From Candidatus Omnitrophota bacterium (GTDB lineage Bacteria > Omnitrophota > Gorgyraeia > Zapsychrales > Fredricksoniimonadaceae), in the NCBI GenBank assembly GCA_015233145.1, contig JADFYI010000003.1, forward strand, positions 105,421-165,103: 59,683 nucleotides of DNA. Reading direction: 5' to 3'. Each line of letters starts with the position of its first letter. Positions within the stretch are counted from its first letter, which is position 1. The notes beneath the pieces are model-generated. The model was not told where the DNA came from and ran no database searches. It saw only the letters and a program-made list of their open reading frames with translations. Both the position numbers and the translations under genes were made by a program. Positions 42,543-51,708 of this stretch are shown piece by piece.

Positions 42543-43400
42543 ATGGCCAAAGCAACAGACGAAACTTTTAACGGTCTTTCGGGAAAAGAATGGACGCTTC
42601 TCAGCAAAAATGTCTGGGATGATGTCAGTTCTCCCCGTGAAGCGTATCAGATTGAACATGGCTCAACATTTCCCTTGGCCCTTGCCGAGCGGGTTATCAG
42701 GCTTTATTCCAAGGAAGGGGATCTGGTTTTTGACCCCTTTGTGGGGGTGGGTACAACCGTGATTGCCGCGGCCAAGATGGAACGCGACGCGATCGGCATT
42801 GAGCTTCAAAAAAAGTTTTGCGATACAGCCAAGCGAATCCTGGATGAAGAAAAAACTGATCTTTTCGGCCAAAAGCGTTCGCGCCAGGCTGTGGTGTGCG
42901 ATGATTGCCGCAATCTTTTGGAGTATGTTGACCGCGATTCGGTGCAGGTGACATTAACGTCAGCTCCTTATGCCAATTTTTCCCGCCGGGACCGTTCCCG
43001 TGTTTACAAAAGGGCTATCAGCCCTGCGAGCGATGCTAATGCCAAGCCAGGGGCGTTCAGTATTTTTTCAGAAGATTTCGGAAACCTCGGATATGAGGAA
43101 TACACCGAAGAGTTAAAGAAAATCTTTAAAAAAGTTTTTGACGTCACCAAGCCCGGGGGGTATTGTGTATGGGTTGTCAAAGATTACCGTGACACCCAAT
43201 CCGGAATTCCTTATGTTTCCGTGCATTCGGATATTACCAATTTTGGCGTGTCCGCCGGATGGCTTCATCATGATTTGATTATTTGGGACCAGAACGACCA
43301 GAGGCGCTTGATGCTTTTGGGTTTTCCCAATGTGTTTTACAGCAACCAGAACTGCGCGTTCTTAGTCGTATTCAGAAAACCAGAGCGGGTCACCGCTTAG
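42543..43400 (+). CDS. DNA methyltransferase (N4/N6 type), circularly permuted motif order, no adjacent endonuclease
   Basis: HGSTFPLALAERVIRLYSKEGDLVFDPFVGVGTTVIAAAKMERDAIGIE (AdoMet-binding block, normally C-terminal in beta-class enzymes) precedes SVQVTLTSAPY (catalytic S/D-P-P-Y-type block). Confidence 0.8.
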   Translation: MAKATDETFNGLSGKEWTLLSKNVWDDVSSPREAYQIEHGSTFPLALAERVIRLYSKEGDLVFDPFVGVGTTVIAAAKMERDAIGIELQKKFCDTAKRILDEEKTDLFGQKRSRQAVVCDDCRNLLEYVDRDSVQVTLTSAPYANFSRRDRSRVYKRAISPASDANAKPGAFSIFSEDFGNLGYEEYTEELKKIFKKVFDVTKPGGYCVWVVKDYRDTQSGIPYVSVHSDITNFGVSAGWLHHDLIIWDQNDQRRLMLLGFPNVFYSNQNCAFLVVFRKPERVTA

Positions 43401-43415
43401 GTGCCGAGTAATAAA

Positions 43416-43469
43416 ACACCGCGGAGGTTTGGTTAGGTTATTTAAATGGTCTAACCTACGCGGTGTGCC
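43416..43469 (+). repeat. Palindromic leader element, short copy (R1)
   Basis: ACACCGCGGAGGT (43416-43428) pairs with ACCTACGCGGTGT (43454-43466) with one mismatch. The 27-nt block TAAATGGTCTAACCTACGCGGTGTGCC (43443-43469) is identical to 50581-50607. Confidence 0.8.
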
Positions 43470-43483
43470 GAAAGCAGGGGAAT

Positions 43484-43861
43484 ATGCGAATTGTTAAAAC
43501 AGATAAAGCGCCGGCGGCCGTGGGGCCCTACAGCCAGGCTGTGATTGCCGGGGATTTGGTTTTTTGCGCGGGGCAGATTCCTCTGGACCCTGCCACAGGC
43601 AATGTGGTTCCCGGAGGGATTGAGGAGCAGACGCGCCGCGTGTGTGAGAATATCAAGGGAGTTCTTGCCGGGGCAGGCTCTTCGTTGCCTCAGGTGGTGA
43701 AGGCTTCTGTTTTTTTAAAAGACATGAATGATTTCGCGGGCATGAACAAGGTTTACAGCGAGTACTTTACATCAGATTTCCCGGCGCGTTCAACGCTCCA
43801 GGTTGCCCGCATCCCCAAGGATTGCCTGGTCGAGATTGAAGTCGTGGCTTTAATAAAATAG
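43484..43861 (+). CDS. ridA: RidA/YjgF-family reactive intermediate deaminase
   Basis: MRIVKTDKAPAAVGPYSQAV...CAGQIPLDPATG...ARSTLQVARIPKDCLVEIEV. Confidence 0.9.
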   Translation: MRIVKTDKAPAAVGPYSQAVIAGDLVFCAGQIPLDPATGNVVPGGIEEQTRRVCENIKGVLAGAGSSLPQVVKASVFLKDMNDFAGMNKVYSEYFTSDFPARSTLQVARIPKDCLVEIEVVALIK

Positions 43862-43880
43862 TTTTTTGAAAGGGGTATCT

Positions 43881-44384
43881 ATGATGTTAGCTTTGGGACT
43901 GTTAATGGTGGGAGTTTTGGCTCGCTTTTTGCCGCATGCGCCGAATTTTACGCCGGTTATTGCGATTGCGCTTTTTGGCAGTGTCTATTTAAAACGTTCT
44001 CAGGCGATTCTCCTGCCGCTGATCCTCATGATGGTTACTGACCTTTTTTTGGGGCTTTATCCGTCCGTCATGCTGACCTGGGCGGCTATTTTTTGCGTGT
44101 CAGCGATTGGTCTTTGGGTGCGTCAGAATAAAAATGTCCACAGGTCGCTCACAGGGGCTTTGTGGTCAGCCATTTTATTTTTTATTGTTTCCAATTTTGG
44201 ATGCTGGTTAACAGATTATCCTCATACCTGGGCCGGCTTTGTGTCGTGCTATACGCTGGCTGTGCCGTTTTTTAGGATGACCCTGGTGAGCACCCTGCTT
44301 TATGCTGTCCTTTTATTCGGCGGGTATGAATTTCTGGCCCAAAGGGTTAAGGCAACAAAGCTGGCAGAAGTTCTTTTAAAGTAA
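43881..44384 (+). CDS. Small 5-6 TM membrane protein (DUF6580-like or ECF S-component-like; tentative)
   Basis: The ATG at 43881 follows AAAGGGG. The N-terminal LARFLPHAPNFTPVIAIALFG motif resembles DUF6580 from memory. Confidence 0.5.
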   Translation: MMLALGLLMVGVLARFLPHAPNFTPVIAIALFGSVYLKRSQAILLPLILMMVTDLFLGLYPSVMLTWAAIFCVSAIGLWVRQNKNVHRSLTGALWSAILFFIVSNFGCWLTDYPHTWAGFVSCYTLAVPFFRMTLVSTLLYAVLLFGGYEFLAQRVKATKLAEVLLK

Positions 44385-44395
44385 GTTCCTTTTTT

Positions 44396-44590
44396 CTGTA
44401 TCAGAACTGGGAAACCGTGTGAAATTCACGGGCAGTCGCGCTACTGTAAGATGAATGAGTTCATCAAGCCAGAATACCGTCTGATATTTAAAGCATCGAT
44501 GTCGCGCGTAACGACAGTTCGAGGCGTATAGATATTGTCTATGCCCCTTGTCTGGCTTATCGCCGGGCAAGGGGCAATTTATTTTATGGA
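44396..44590 (+). ncRNA. Cobalamin (B12) riboswitch with terminator expression platform
   Basis: P1 pairs TATCAGA (44399-44405) with TCTGATA (44480-44486). Core GGGAAACCGTGTGAAATTCACGGGCAGTCGCGCTACTGT. B12 box AAGCCAGAATACC (44467-44479). Terminator pairs GCCCCTTG (44543-44550) with CAAGGGGC (44568-44575), followed by a T-rich run (AATTTATTTT); its loop TCTGGCTT can pair with the B12 box. Confidence 0.85.
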
Positions 44591-44596
44591 GAAAAA

Positions 44597-46594
44597 ATGA
44601 AAAAATTATTGAATTTGGTTTTGAGTTTAAGTGTGTTGTTGGTGTGTGCCGCTCAAGCGGACACGCTTGACTTGGGGCAGATTGTGGTGACGCCGTATCG
44701 CTATGGCGAAGCAATGGAAAGGGCGGCATCTGATGTGACTGTAGTCACTGCCAGCGATATTAAAAGGTCGAATGCCGGCAATGTGATTGATGTTTTAAGG
44801 GCAGTCCCTGGACTTATGGTCAGGGATTATTATGGCAATGGCACCAGGGCCACCGTTGATATGGCAGGCTTTGGCGAGCAGGCGCCGTTGAATGTGCTGG
44901 TGTTGGTGGATGGCCGGCGCGTGAATGAAATTGATTTAAGCGGTGTGGATTGGAGCCAAATCCCGTTGGACCGCGTTGAGAGGATTGAGGTGATCCAGGG
45001 CGGGTCTGGCGCGGCTTTGTACGGGGACAATGCCTCAAGCGGGGTTGTTAATATTATTACAAAAACAGGGGCAGGCAAGCCGCAGGTCAATCTGGAAACG
45101 CAATATGGAAGTTATGATACCAATTCTCAAAAAATTCATTTAAATGGCGGGGTTGATAAACTTTCGTATTGGTTGAGTGAAGGGCGGGAATTCAGTAACG
45201 GTTATCGCAATAACGGTTTTAACAAGGCCAATGATTTTTCCTCCAAGATCGGCTATGACTTTACCGAGGCATTATCCATGCATTTTGACTCAGGATTCCA
45301 CTCCTCGACATTTGGAATGCCGGGCGCTCTTTTCCAAAGCAATATTGATGCCAATGGCCCGCGGTATGCCAGGTTTAGCTTTGATCATGCGAATGAAAAA
45401 GATTATTACTTTGTCTGGGGCACAAAGGCCAGGGTCTTGGATTCCGGAGACTTTGATATTGATCTTTCTTATCGCAAAAAGGATTCTGATACCTACTCAA
45501 CGACGCTGGATACGCGAATAAATCACATTGAAACGGTCGGCGTCACCCCTAAGTATACGATTAAAGAAAGCGTGTTGGGGCATGATAACAAGCTGGTTAC
45601 GGGCTTTGATTTTTATCGGGTTTTATATGTTTCTGATAATTATGACCGGATAAATAAGAGCCTCACCAGTTATACCAATATCAATAAAATTTCCATGGCC
45701 GGGTACCTGCAAGATGAGTTTTCAATCTTTAAGGAGCTTGTTTTTGTGAATGGTTACCGCTATGAAAAGGCCCGCTATGCTTTTAATTATCATGATTATG
45801 TGTGGGGAAACCCTGACCAGGATACAAAAATAGCCCCTGATATGCAGGCGTTTAACAGCGGACTGGTTTATAACTATAAAGAGGACTCCAGCCTTTTTGT
45901 TAACGTGAGTAAAAGTTTTCGTTTTCCTGCGGCGGATGAATTCGGGTATTTTGATGATATGGGTGCGGCCCAGCTTAATACGGGTTTAAAGCCGCAGTCA
46001 GCCATCAATTATGAAACAGGCGTCCGCCACAAGTTTTCTGAAAGGTTAAAAGCGGATTTGTCATTGTTCAGAATGAATGTTAACGATGAACTTTATGCGG
46101 ATTATACGGCTGGAGCCGGCGGGTTCCCTCAGAATGAAAATTATGACAAGACCGTTCACCAGGGACTGCGGTCTTCTTTAGAAGCCAAGTTAAACGACTG
46201 GGTAACCTCGTTTGGCAGTTATACGTATACCGACGCTTATTTTGATGGCGGAGAGCATGGCAAAAATGAAATCCCCATGGCGCCGCGGCATAAGGGGAGT
46301 GTGGGCTTAAGGCTTCTTTTAACCAGAAATACAACGCTTAATATCACAGATACTTATGTGGGCAATAGCTATGCCCTTAATGATCAGGCCAATGCCCATT
46401 CGCGAGTGAATGGCTACATGGTTGCAGATGCCAATTTATCCTGGCGGCACAAGGATTTCAAGGTCACAGGAAGCATTAATAACATTTTTGACAAGCAATA
46501 TTCCGAGGTCGTGGGGTTTGACCGGACACGCGACAGGTTTTATTATCCAAGCCCTGGGCGGAATTACGCCTTAAAGATGAGTTGCTCGTTTTAG
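44597..46594 (+). CDS. btuB: TonB-dependent outer-membrane receptor, probable cobalamin/corrinoid receptor
   Basis: Signal peptide, TonB-box-like DTLDLGQIVVTP, plug domain (RAVPGLMVRDYYGNG, VLVDGRRVN) and terminal aromatic ...MSCSF. Located directly downstream of the B12 riboswitch. Confidence 0.85.
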   Translation: MKKLLNLVLSLSVLLVCAAQADTLDLGQIVVTPYRYGEAMERAASDVTVVTASDIKRSNAGNVIDVLRAVPGLMVRDYYGNGTRATVDMAGFGEQAPLNVLVLVDGRRVNEIDLSGVDWSQIPLDRVERIEVIQGGSGAALYGDNASSGVVNIITKTGAGKPQVNLETQYGSYDTNSQKIHLNGGVDKLSYWLSEGREFSNGYRNNGFNKANDFSSKIGYDFTEALSMHFDSGFHSSTFGMPGALFQSNIDANGPRYARFSFDHANEKDYYFVWGTKARVLDSGDFDIDLSYRKKDSDTYSTTLDTRINHIETVGVTPKYTIKESVLGHDNKLVTGFDFYRVLYVSDNYDRINKSLTSYTNINKISMAGYLQDEFSIFKELVFVNGYRYEKARYAFNYHDYVWGNPDQDTKIAPDMQAFNSGLVYNYKEDSSLFVNVSKSFRFPAADEFGYFDDMGAAQLNTGLKPQSAINYETGVRHKFSERLKADLSLFRMNVNDELYADYTAGAGGFPQNENYDKTVHQGLRSSLEAKLNDWVTSFGSYTYTDAYFDGGEHGKNEIPMAPRHKGSVGLRLLLTRNTTLNITDTYVGNSYALNDQANAHSRVNGYMVADANLSWRHKDFKVTGSINNIFDKQYSEVVGFDRTRDRFYYPSPGRNYALKMSCSF

Positions 46595-46607
46595 AATTTA
46601 TTTTTAA

Positions 46608-46749
46608 AAATATTTTATCAAATATCGGGTCCTGCCACTTCGGCACCCTTTTGTCTGCACGGCTCCCTTTCTTCAAATGCCTTGGCAATAACCCATGCAG
46701 AGCAAAAGGGAACCCGCCTTCGTGTCACCCGATATTTGATAAAATATTT
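46608..46749. repeat. 142-nt element bounded by perfect 23-bp inverted repeats, between convergent btuB and metH
   Basis: AAATATTTTATCAAATATCGGGT (46608-46630) and ACCCGATATTTGATAAAATATTT (46727-46749). An inner long hairpin pairs CCCTTTTGTCTGCA (46646-46659) with TGCAGAGCAAAAGGG (46696-46710). Confidence 0.8.
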
Positions 46750-46751
46750 CT

Positions 46752-49700
46752 TTAGAGAAGGATTGGCCCAAGCCAGCGTTTGGCTTCGTCCAGAGAAAGC
46801 CCCTTGCGTTTGGCATAGTCTAAAAGCTGGTCATTGGCAATATGCCCGATGGAAAAATAATGGGATTTGGGGCACGCAAAATAATGGCCGCAGACAGAGG
46901 CCGCAGGCATCATCATGAGGGATTCTGTCAGGGTTATGCCGGTTACTTCGCTGGCATTCAAGATGTTGAAAAGTTGAAGTTTTTCCGTGTGGTCCGGGCA
47001 GGCGGGGTAGCCTGGCGCCGGGCGGATGCCGCGGTAATGCCCGGCAAAAATATCGTCATTGGAAAGCTTTTCATCTGGAGCATATCCCCAGTATTCCCGG
47101 CGCACAGTTTCATGCAGCACTTCTGCAAAACCCTCGGCCAGGCGGTCCGCAAGCGTTTTTAAGAGGGTGATTTTATAATCGTCTCCTTTAAAATATTTTT
47201 CTGCATTTTCCATCCCTGTTCCGCCGGTTACGGCAAAGGCGCCTAAGTAACTTTTAGCGCCGGTTTCTTTGGGGGCAATAAAGTCTGACAGGCTGTAGTA
47301 AGGCTCATCGTCTGTTTTTAAAATCTGCTGGCGGAGCATGTAAAAAGTGGTGAGGATTTTTTTACGCGAGTCATCGGTGTAAACCTCAATGTCATCCCCA
47401 ACACTGTTAGCAGGAAAGAATCCCACAACACCATGACAGGAAAGAAGCCTTTTGATAGTAATGTCATCGAGCATGGCGTTGGCATCGTTAAAAATTTTAA
47501 CAGCCTCAGGGCCAAATTTAGGGTCTTTAAGGATTGCCGGGTAACGGCCTTTTAAGCCCCAGGCCAGAAAAAGAAACGACCAGTCAATCCGTTCACGGAT
47601 GCGGCGGATATCAAAATCCTTAAGCGCCTTGGTTCCCAGAAAAGAGGGTTTTTGAATAGCCGCTTTGCTCCAGTCGAAAGAGGGCTTTAACCGGCGCGCC
47701 TCGGAAAGCGGGATGAGCCTGGTGGCAGCCTTGTTGGCCTCAAAATTCTTACGGATTTCTTCCTGTTTAGCCCGGTTAGCGGACACAAAGGCATCGCGTG
47801 TTTTTGGGTTGAGCAAATCCCGGCAAATGCCGACTCCCCGCGAGGCATCTTTGACATGCACAACCGCGCCGCTGTAGGCCGGGGCGATTTTTACGGCCGT
47901 GTGGTTTTCAGAGGTAGTGGCACCTCCTAGAATAAGAGGAATAGTAAAGCCTTCGTTTTTCATGTCTGAGGCGACCTTGACCATTTCGTCCAGAGACGGC
48001 GTAATGAGGCCCGAGAGGGCCACAATATCCACCTTAAGTTCACGGGCTTTTTTTAAGATCACTTCTGACGGTGTCATGACACCGAGATCAATGATTTCAA
48101 AATTGTTGCAGGCTAAAACAACACCTGTAATATTTTTTCCGATATCATGAACATCACCTTTGACCGTTGCCATAAGAATCCGGCCCGCGGTTTTGGCAGC
48201 GCCAGATTTTTCTTTTTCAATCAGGGGCTGGAGAATGGCCACGGCTTTTTTCATGACGCGGGCGCTTTTGACCACTTGAGGCAAAAACATTTTTCCGGCG
48301 CCAAAAAGGTCTCCCACAATGTGCATGCCATCCATTAAAGGGCCTTCAATGATAGTGAGCGGGCGGGGGTATGTTTTTAAAGCCTCTTCAATATCAATGT
48401 CAATGAAATCCGTGATGCCTTTGACAAGCGCATGAGCCAGGCGTTTTTCAATGGGCCCAGAGCGCCACGCCTGATCTTCAACAATCGCCTTATCTTTGCC
48501 TTTGAGTGTTCCTGCAAAAGAGAGAAGCCTTTCGGTTGCGTCACTTCGACGATTTAAAATGACATCCTCAACCATTTCGAGGAAATCTTTAGGGATTTCA
48601 TCATAAACCGCGATCATTCCGGCGTTCACAATACCCATGTCCATGCCAGCCTTGATCGCGTGATAAAGAAAAACAGAGTGCATGGCTTCACGAACCTGGT
48701 CATTGCCGCGGAAAGAGAAAGACACGTTGCTCACGCCGCCTGATATGCGGCAGTGGGGAAGCTTTTCTTTTATTTCGCGCGTGGCATTAATAAAGTCCAG
48801 GGCATAATTATTGTGCGCATCAATCCCCGTGGCCACGGCAAAAATGTTGGGGTCAAAAATAATATCCTCGGCAGGAAATCCAATATCCCGGGTAAGGATT
48901 TTATAAGCACGCTGGCAAATTTCAACCTTACGGGTTTGAGTGTCAGCCTGTCCTTGTTCATCAAAGGCCATAACAACTACAGCCGCGCCGTATTTTCTGA
49001 TTTTACGGGCCTGGGCTTTAAAATTGTCTTCGCCTTCCTTGAGGCTGATGGAGTTCACGATTGATTTGCCCTGCACGCATTTTAACCCGGCCTCAATAAC
49101 ATCCCATTTGGAAGAATCAATCATGACAGGGACGCGCGCAATGTCTGGTTCCGACGCAATCAGATTTAAAAATTTGACCATGGCTGCCTTGGAATCAAGC
49201 ATGGCCTCATCCATGTTAATGTCAATGGCCTGGGCGCCGGCGTCAACCTGCTGGCGGGCCACGGAAAGGGCCTCATCGTAATGGCCGTCAATAATGAGTT
49301 TTGCAAATTTCTTAGAGCCTGTGACATTGGTGCGTTCGCCGATGTTTACAAAATTTATGCCTTCCCGCAACGTCAAAGGCTCAAGCCCGCTGTAGGATGA
49401 GCAAGGTTCAAAAGAGGGCACTTTGCGCGGCAGGATTTCTTTAACTGCCTCGGCAATCGCGCGGATGTGGTCGGGAGTTGTGCCGCAGCACCCGCCAAGG
49501 ATATTGACAAGCCCGCTTTGGGCAAATTCTTTAACAAAGGTGGTCATTTCTTCGGGGGTTTGGTCATATTGGCCAAATTGGTTCGGCAGCCCTGCGTTAG
49601 GATAAGCGCTGACAAAAGTATTGGCCAGGCGCGCAAGGTCGAGAATATGCGGCCGCATGTCTTTGGCGCCCAGCGCACAGTTAAATCCGACAGCCAGAGG

Positions 49701-50420
49701 TTGGGCATGTTTCACGGAAATCCAGAAAGCCTCTGCGGTCTGGCCTGAAAGGGTGCGGCCAGAGGCGTCGGTAATTGTGCCGGAAATGATGATAGGAATG
49801 GGATGCTTTGCCGACTCATTATAGGAAAGTGCGGCATAAATTGCGGCCTTGGCGTTCAGGGTGTCGAAAATTGTTTCGATCAAAAGAACGTCAACGTTTC
49901 CCTCGCCAAGGCCCGTTATTTGTTCGCCATAGGCTTCGACCAATTTATCAAAATTGATCGCACGGTAAGAGGGGTCGTTCACGTCAGGAGAAATGGACGC
50001 TGTTCTGTTGGTGGGGCCGATAGAGCCAGCCACAAAACGCGGCTTTAATGGATTTTTTTTTGTAAATTCGTCGCAAGCCGCACGCGCGAGTTTGGCAGAG
50101 GCGAGGTTCAGCTCATACACCAAAGACTCCATGTGGTAATCCACCATGCTGATGCGATTCGCGTTAAAGGTATTGGTTTCAATGATATCTGCGCCAGCAT
50201 CAAGGTAAAGCTTATGGATATTGGCAATAATGTCCGGTCGGGTGAGGGATAAAAGGTCATTATTTCCTTTTAGGTCATGGCTCCAGTCTTTAAAGCGTTC
50301 GCCCCGGTAATCTTTTTCCGTAAGGTTGCGGCGCTGAACCATGGTGCCCATGGCGCCATCCAAAATAAGGATGCGTTCTTTAAGGAGCTTTTCGATAGGT
50401 GAAGGAGTATTCTTATTCAT
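46752..50420 (-). CDS. metH: Cobalamin-dependent methionine synthase
   Basis: Hcy-binding ([17 protein letters not shown]), pterin-binding, B12-binding DVHDIGKN (DxHxxG) and a C-terminal AdoMet reactivation domain. 1222 aa. Confidence 0.95.
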   Translation of the reverse strand: MNKNTPSPIEKLLKERILILDGAMGTMVQRRNLTEKDYRGERFKDWSHDLKGNNDLLSLTRPDIIANIHKLYLDAGADIIETNTFNANRISMVDYHMESLVYELNLASAKLARAACDEFTKKNPLKPRFVAGSIGPTNRTASISPDVNDPSYRAINFDKLVEAYGEQITGLGEGNVDVLLIETIFDTLNAKAAIYAALSYNESAKHPIPIIISGTITDASGRTLSGQTAEAFWISVKHAQPLAVGFNCALGAKDMRPHILDLARLANTFVSAYPNAGLPNQFGQYDQTPEEMTTFVKEFAQSGLVNILGGCCGTTPDHIRAIAEAVKEILPRKVPSFEPCSSYSGLEPLTLREGINFVNIGERTNVTGSKKFAKLIIDGHYDEALSVARQQVDAGAQAIDINMDEAMLDSKAAMVKFLNLIASEPDIARVPVMIDSSKWDVIEAGLKCVQGKSIVNSISLKEGEDNFKAQARKIRKYGAAVVVMAFDEQGQADTQTRKVEICQRAYKILTRDIGFPAEDIIFDPNIFAVATGIDAHNNYALDFINATREIKEKLPHCRISGGVSNVSFSFRGNDQVREAMHSVFLYHAIKAGMDMGIVNAGMIAVYDEIPKDFLEMVEDVILNRRSDATERLLSFAGTLKGKDKAIVEDQAWRSGPIEKRLAHALVKGITDFIDIDIEEALKTYPRPLTIIEGPLMDGMHIVGDLFGAGKMFLPQVVKSARVMKKAVAILQPLIEKEKSGAAKTAGRILMATVKGDVHDIGKNITGVVLACNNFEIIDLGVMTPSEVILKKARELKVDIVALSGLITPSLDEMVKVASDMKNEGFTIPLILGGATTSENHTAVKIAPAYSGAVVHVKDASRGVGICRDLLNPKTRDAFVSANRAKQEEIRKNFEANKAATRLIPLSEARRLKPSFDWSKAAIQKPSFLGTKALKDFDIRRIRERIDWSFLFLAWGLKGRYPAILKDPKFGPEAVKIFNDANAMLDDITIKRLLSCHGVVGFFPANSVGDDIEVYTDDSRKKILTTFYMLRQQILKTDDEPYYSLSDFIAPKETGAKSYLGAFAVTGGTGMENAEKYFKGDDYKITLLKTLADRLAEGFAEVLHETVRREYWGYAPDEKLSNDDIFAGHYRGIRPAPGYPACPDHTEKLQLFNILNASEVTGITLTESLMMMPAASVCGHYFACPKSHYFSIGHIANDQLLDYAKRKGLSLDEAKRWLGPILL

Positions 50421-50427
50421 GGATTAA

Positions 50428-50456
50428 ACAATAATTGAAAGGTATATTATTGTCAA
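50428..50456 (-). promoter_or_regulatory. metH promoter, candidate leaderless transcript
   Basis: On the minus strand: TTGACA (50456-50451), 17-nt spacer, TATTGT (50433-50428), then 7 nt to the ATG (50420) with no SD. The inverted repeat ACAATAAT/ATTATTGT (50428-50453) spans both hexamers. Confidence 0.45.
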
Positions 50457-50477
50457 TTGGTAAACATTTTCTAAAAT
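50450..50477 (+). promoter_or_regulatory. Promoter of the structured leader and permease gene
   Basis: TTGTCA (50450-50455), 16-nt spacer, TAAAAT (50472-50477). The predicted start falls at the base of element R2. Confidence 0.5.
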
Positions 50478-50481
50478 ATAG

Positions 50482-50607
50482 ACACCGCGGAGGTGATTTT
50501 CAAAGGATTCTTTGAAAATCATCCCGAAGACTGCCAGAGCCACCAATAGTGGCTCGGAGGCTTCGGGGTGGTGAAAAGTATAAATGGTCTAACCTACGCG
50601 GTGTGCC
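50482..50607 (+). repeat. Palindromic leader element, long copy (R2) with inserted multi-stem domain
   Basis: Outer arms ACACCGCGGAGGT (50482-50494) and ACCTACGCGGTGT (50592-50604). Inner stems pair GATTTTCAAAG with CTTTGAAAATC (50495-50520), CCCGAAG with CTTCGGG (50523-50567), and GAGCCAC with GTGGCTC (50537-50555). Confidence 0.8.
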
Positions 50608-50622
50608 AAAGGCGGCAATAAG

Positions 50623-51618
50623 ATGTTTAAAAATAAACTTTTTCTAACTATTTTAATAATTGGCGCAATCCTTGGCCTCTCTTATTTTATTCCATTGTTA
50701 GGCCCTTTTCGCCATGTCTTTGGTTCTTTGTTTAAGCTGATGTGGTGGGCGCTTGGTTTGGGCTTGTTTATCGGCGGGTTTATTGATTATTATGTGCCCA
50801 GAGAGTATGTGTCGCAAATTTTGGCGCAGCCTAAAAAACGCACAATTTTTTATTCTGTCTTTTTAGGTTTTCTTATGGCGGTTTGCAATCACGGTGTTTT
50901 GGCGATTGCCATCCAGTTTTATAAAAAGGGAGCGTCCACTTCATCGGTTGTGGCATTTCTTTTGGCCAGTCCCTGGGCCAATTTCCCTTTGACATTAATG
51001 ATGATCGGTTTTTTTGGGCTTATGAAGGGTTTGTTTCTGATTTTTACCGCCATTTTGATCGCAATTATTGTGGGGCTCATTTATCAGGCTTTTGAAAGAA
51101 ACGGTGTAGTTGAAAAGAATCCTTATGTTCCACCTCATGATGCCGCCTTTGATTTACGAAAAGATATCTTTGCCAGGATGGCTGCTTACCGCTTCACTCC
51201 AGAGCAGTTGATGGCAGATGCAAAAGGCGTTGTGAAAGGCATAAAAGACCTTTCCAACATGACGCTTTGGTGGCTTTTGATCGGTTTGACGCTTGCTTCT
51301 TTTGCGGCCGCTTATATCCCGGAGCATTTTTTCCATCATTACATGGGCAAATCGTTTGGCGGCATGACCTTCACGCTTGTGGCTGCCACTTTTATGGAAA
51401 CCTGTTCCACAGGCATGTCGCCTTTGGCTTTTGAAATTTACCGCCAGACCGGTGCCTTAGGGAACGCCCTGGTGTTTCTTATGGCTGGGGTAGCCACCAA
51501 TTACACGGCGATCGGGCTTTTGTGGGTCAATGCCGGACGCCGCACTGCGCTCTGGCTTCCGGTTGTAAGCGTTCCTCTGGTGCTTTTTTTTGGTTTTCTA
51601 GCTAATAAATTATTTTAA
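50623..51618 (+). CDS. Predicted permease (COG0701/PF03773-like)
   Basis: ~9 TM helices. Two-lobed architecture with a charged central loop (RNGVVEKNPYVPPHDAAFDLRKD). CSTGMSPLAFEIYRQTGALGNALVFLMAG. Confidence 0.65.
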   Translation: MFKNKLFLTILIIGAILGLSYFIPLLGPFRHVFGSLFKLMWWALGLGLFIGGFIDYYVPREYVSQILAQPKKRTIFYSVFLGFLMAVCNHGVLAIAIQFYKKGASTSSVVAFLLASPWANFPLTLMMIGFFGLMKGLFLIFTAILIAIIVGLIYQAFERNGVVEKNPYVPPHDAAFDLRKDIFARMAAYRFTPEQLMADAKGVVKGIKDLSNMTLWWLLIGLTLASFAAAYIPEHFFHHYMGKSFGGMTFTLVAATFMETCSTGMSPLAFEIYRQTGALGNALVFLMAGVATNYTAIGLLWVNAGRRTALWLPVVSVPLVLFFGFLANKLF

Positions 51619-51708
51619 TTTTGCCCTTCCTTCCATAACTTTCCTGCCAAGATAATATTCAAAAAAAGGCAAGCTGAGCCGATTTTATTAATTTATAATA
51701 TCAATACT

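Noticed and set aside
42427-42762. 111-aa + strand ORF bridging lexA and the methyltransferase
   Set aside because: It overlaps the methyltransferase N-terminus out of frame and runs across the predicted promoter. There is no RBS. The methyltransferase frame carries the conserved motifs.
44376-44729. 117-aa minus-strand ORF
   Set aside because: It covers the cobalamin riboswitch and the btuB signal peptide on the opposite strand. The riboswitch core and B12 box explain the region.
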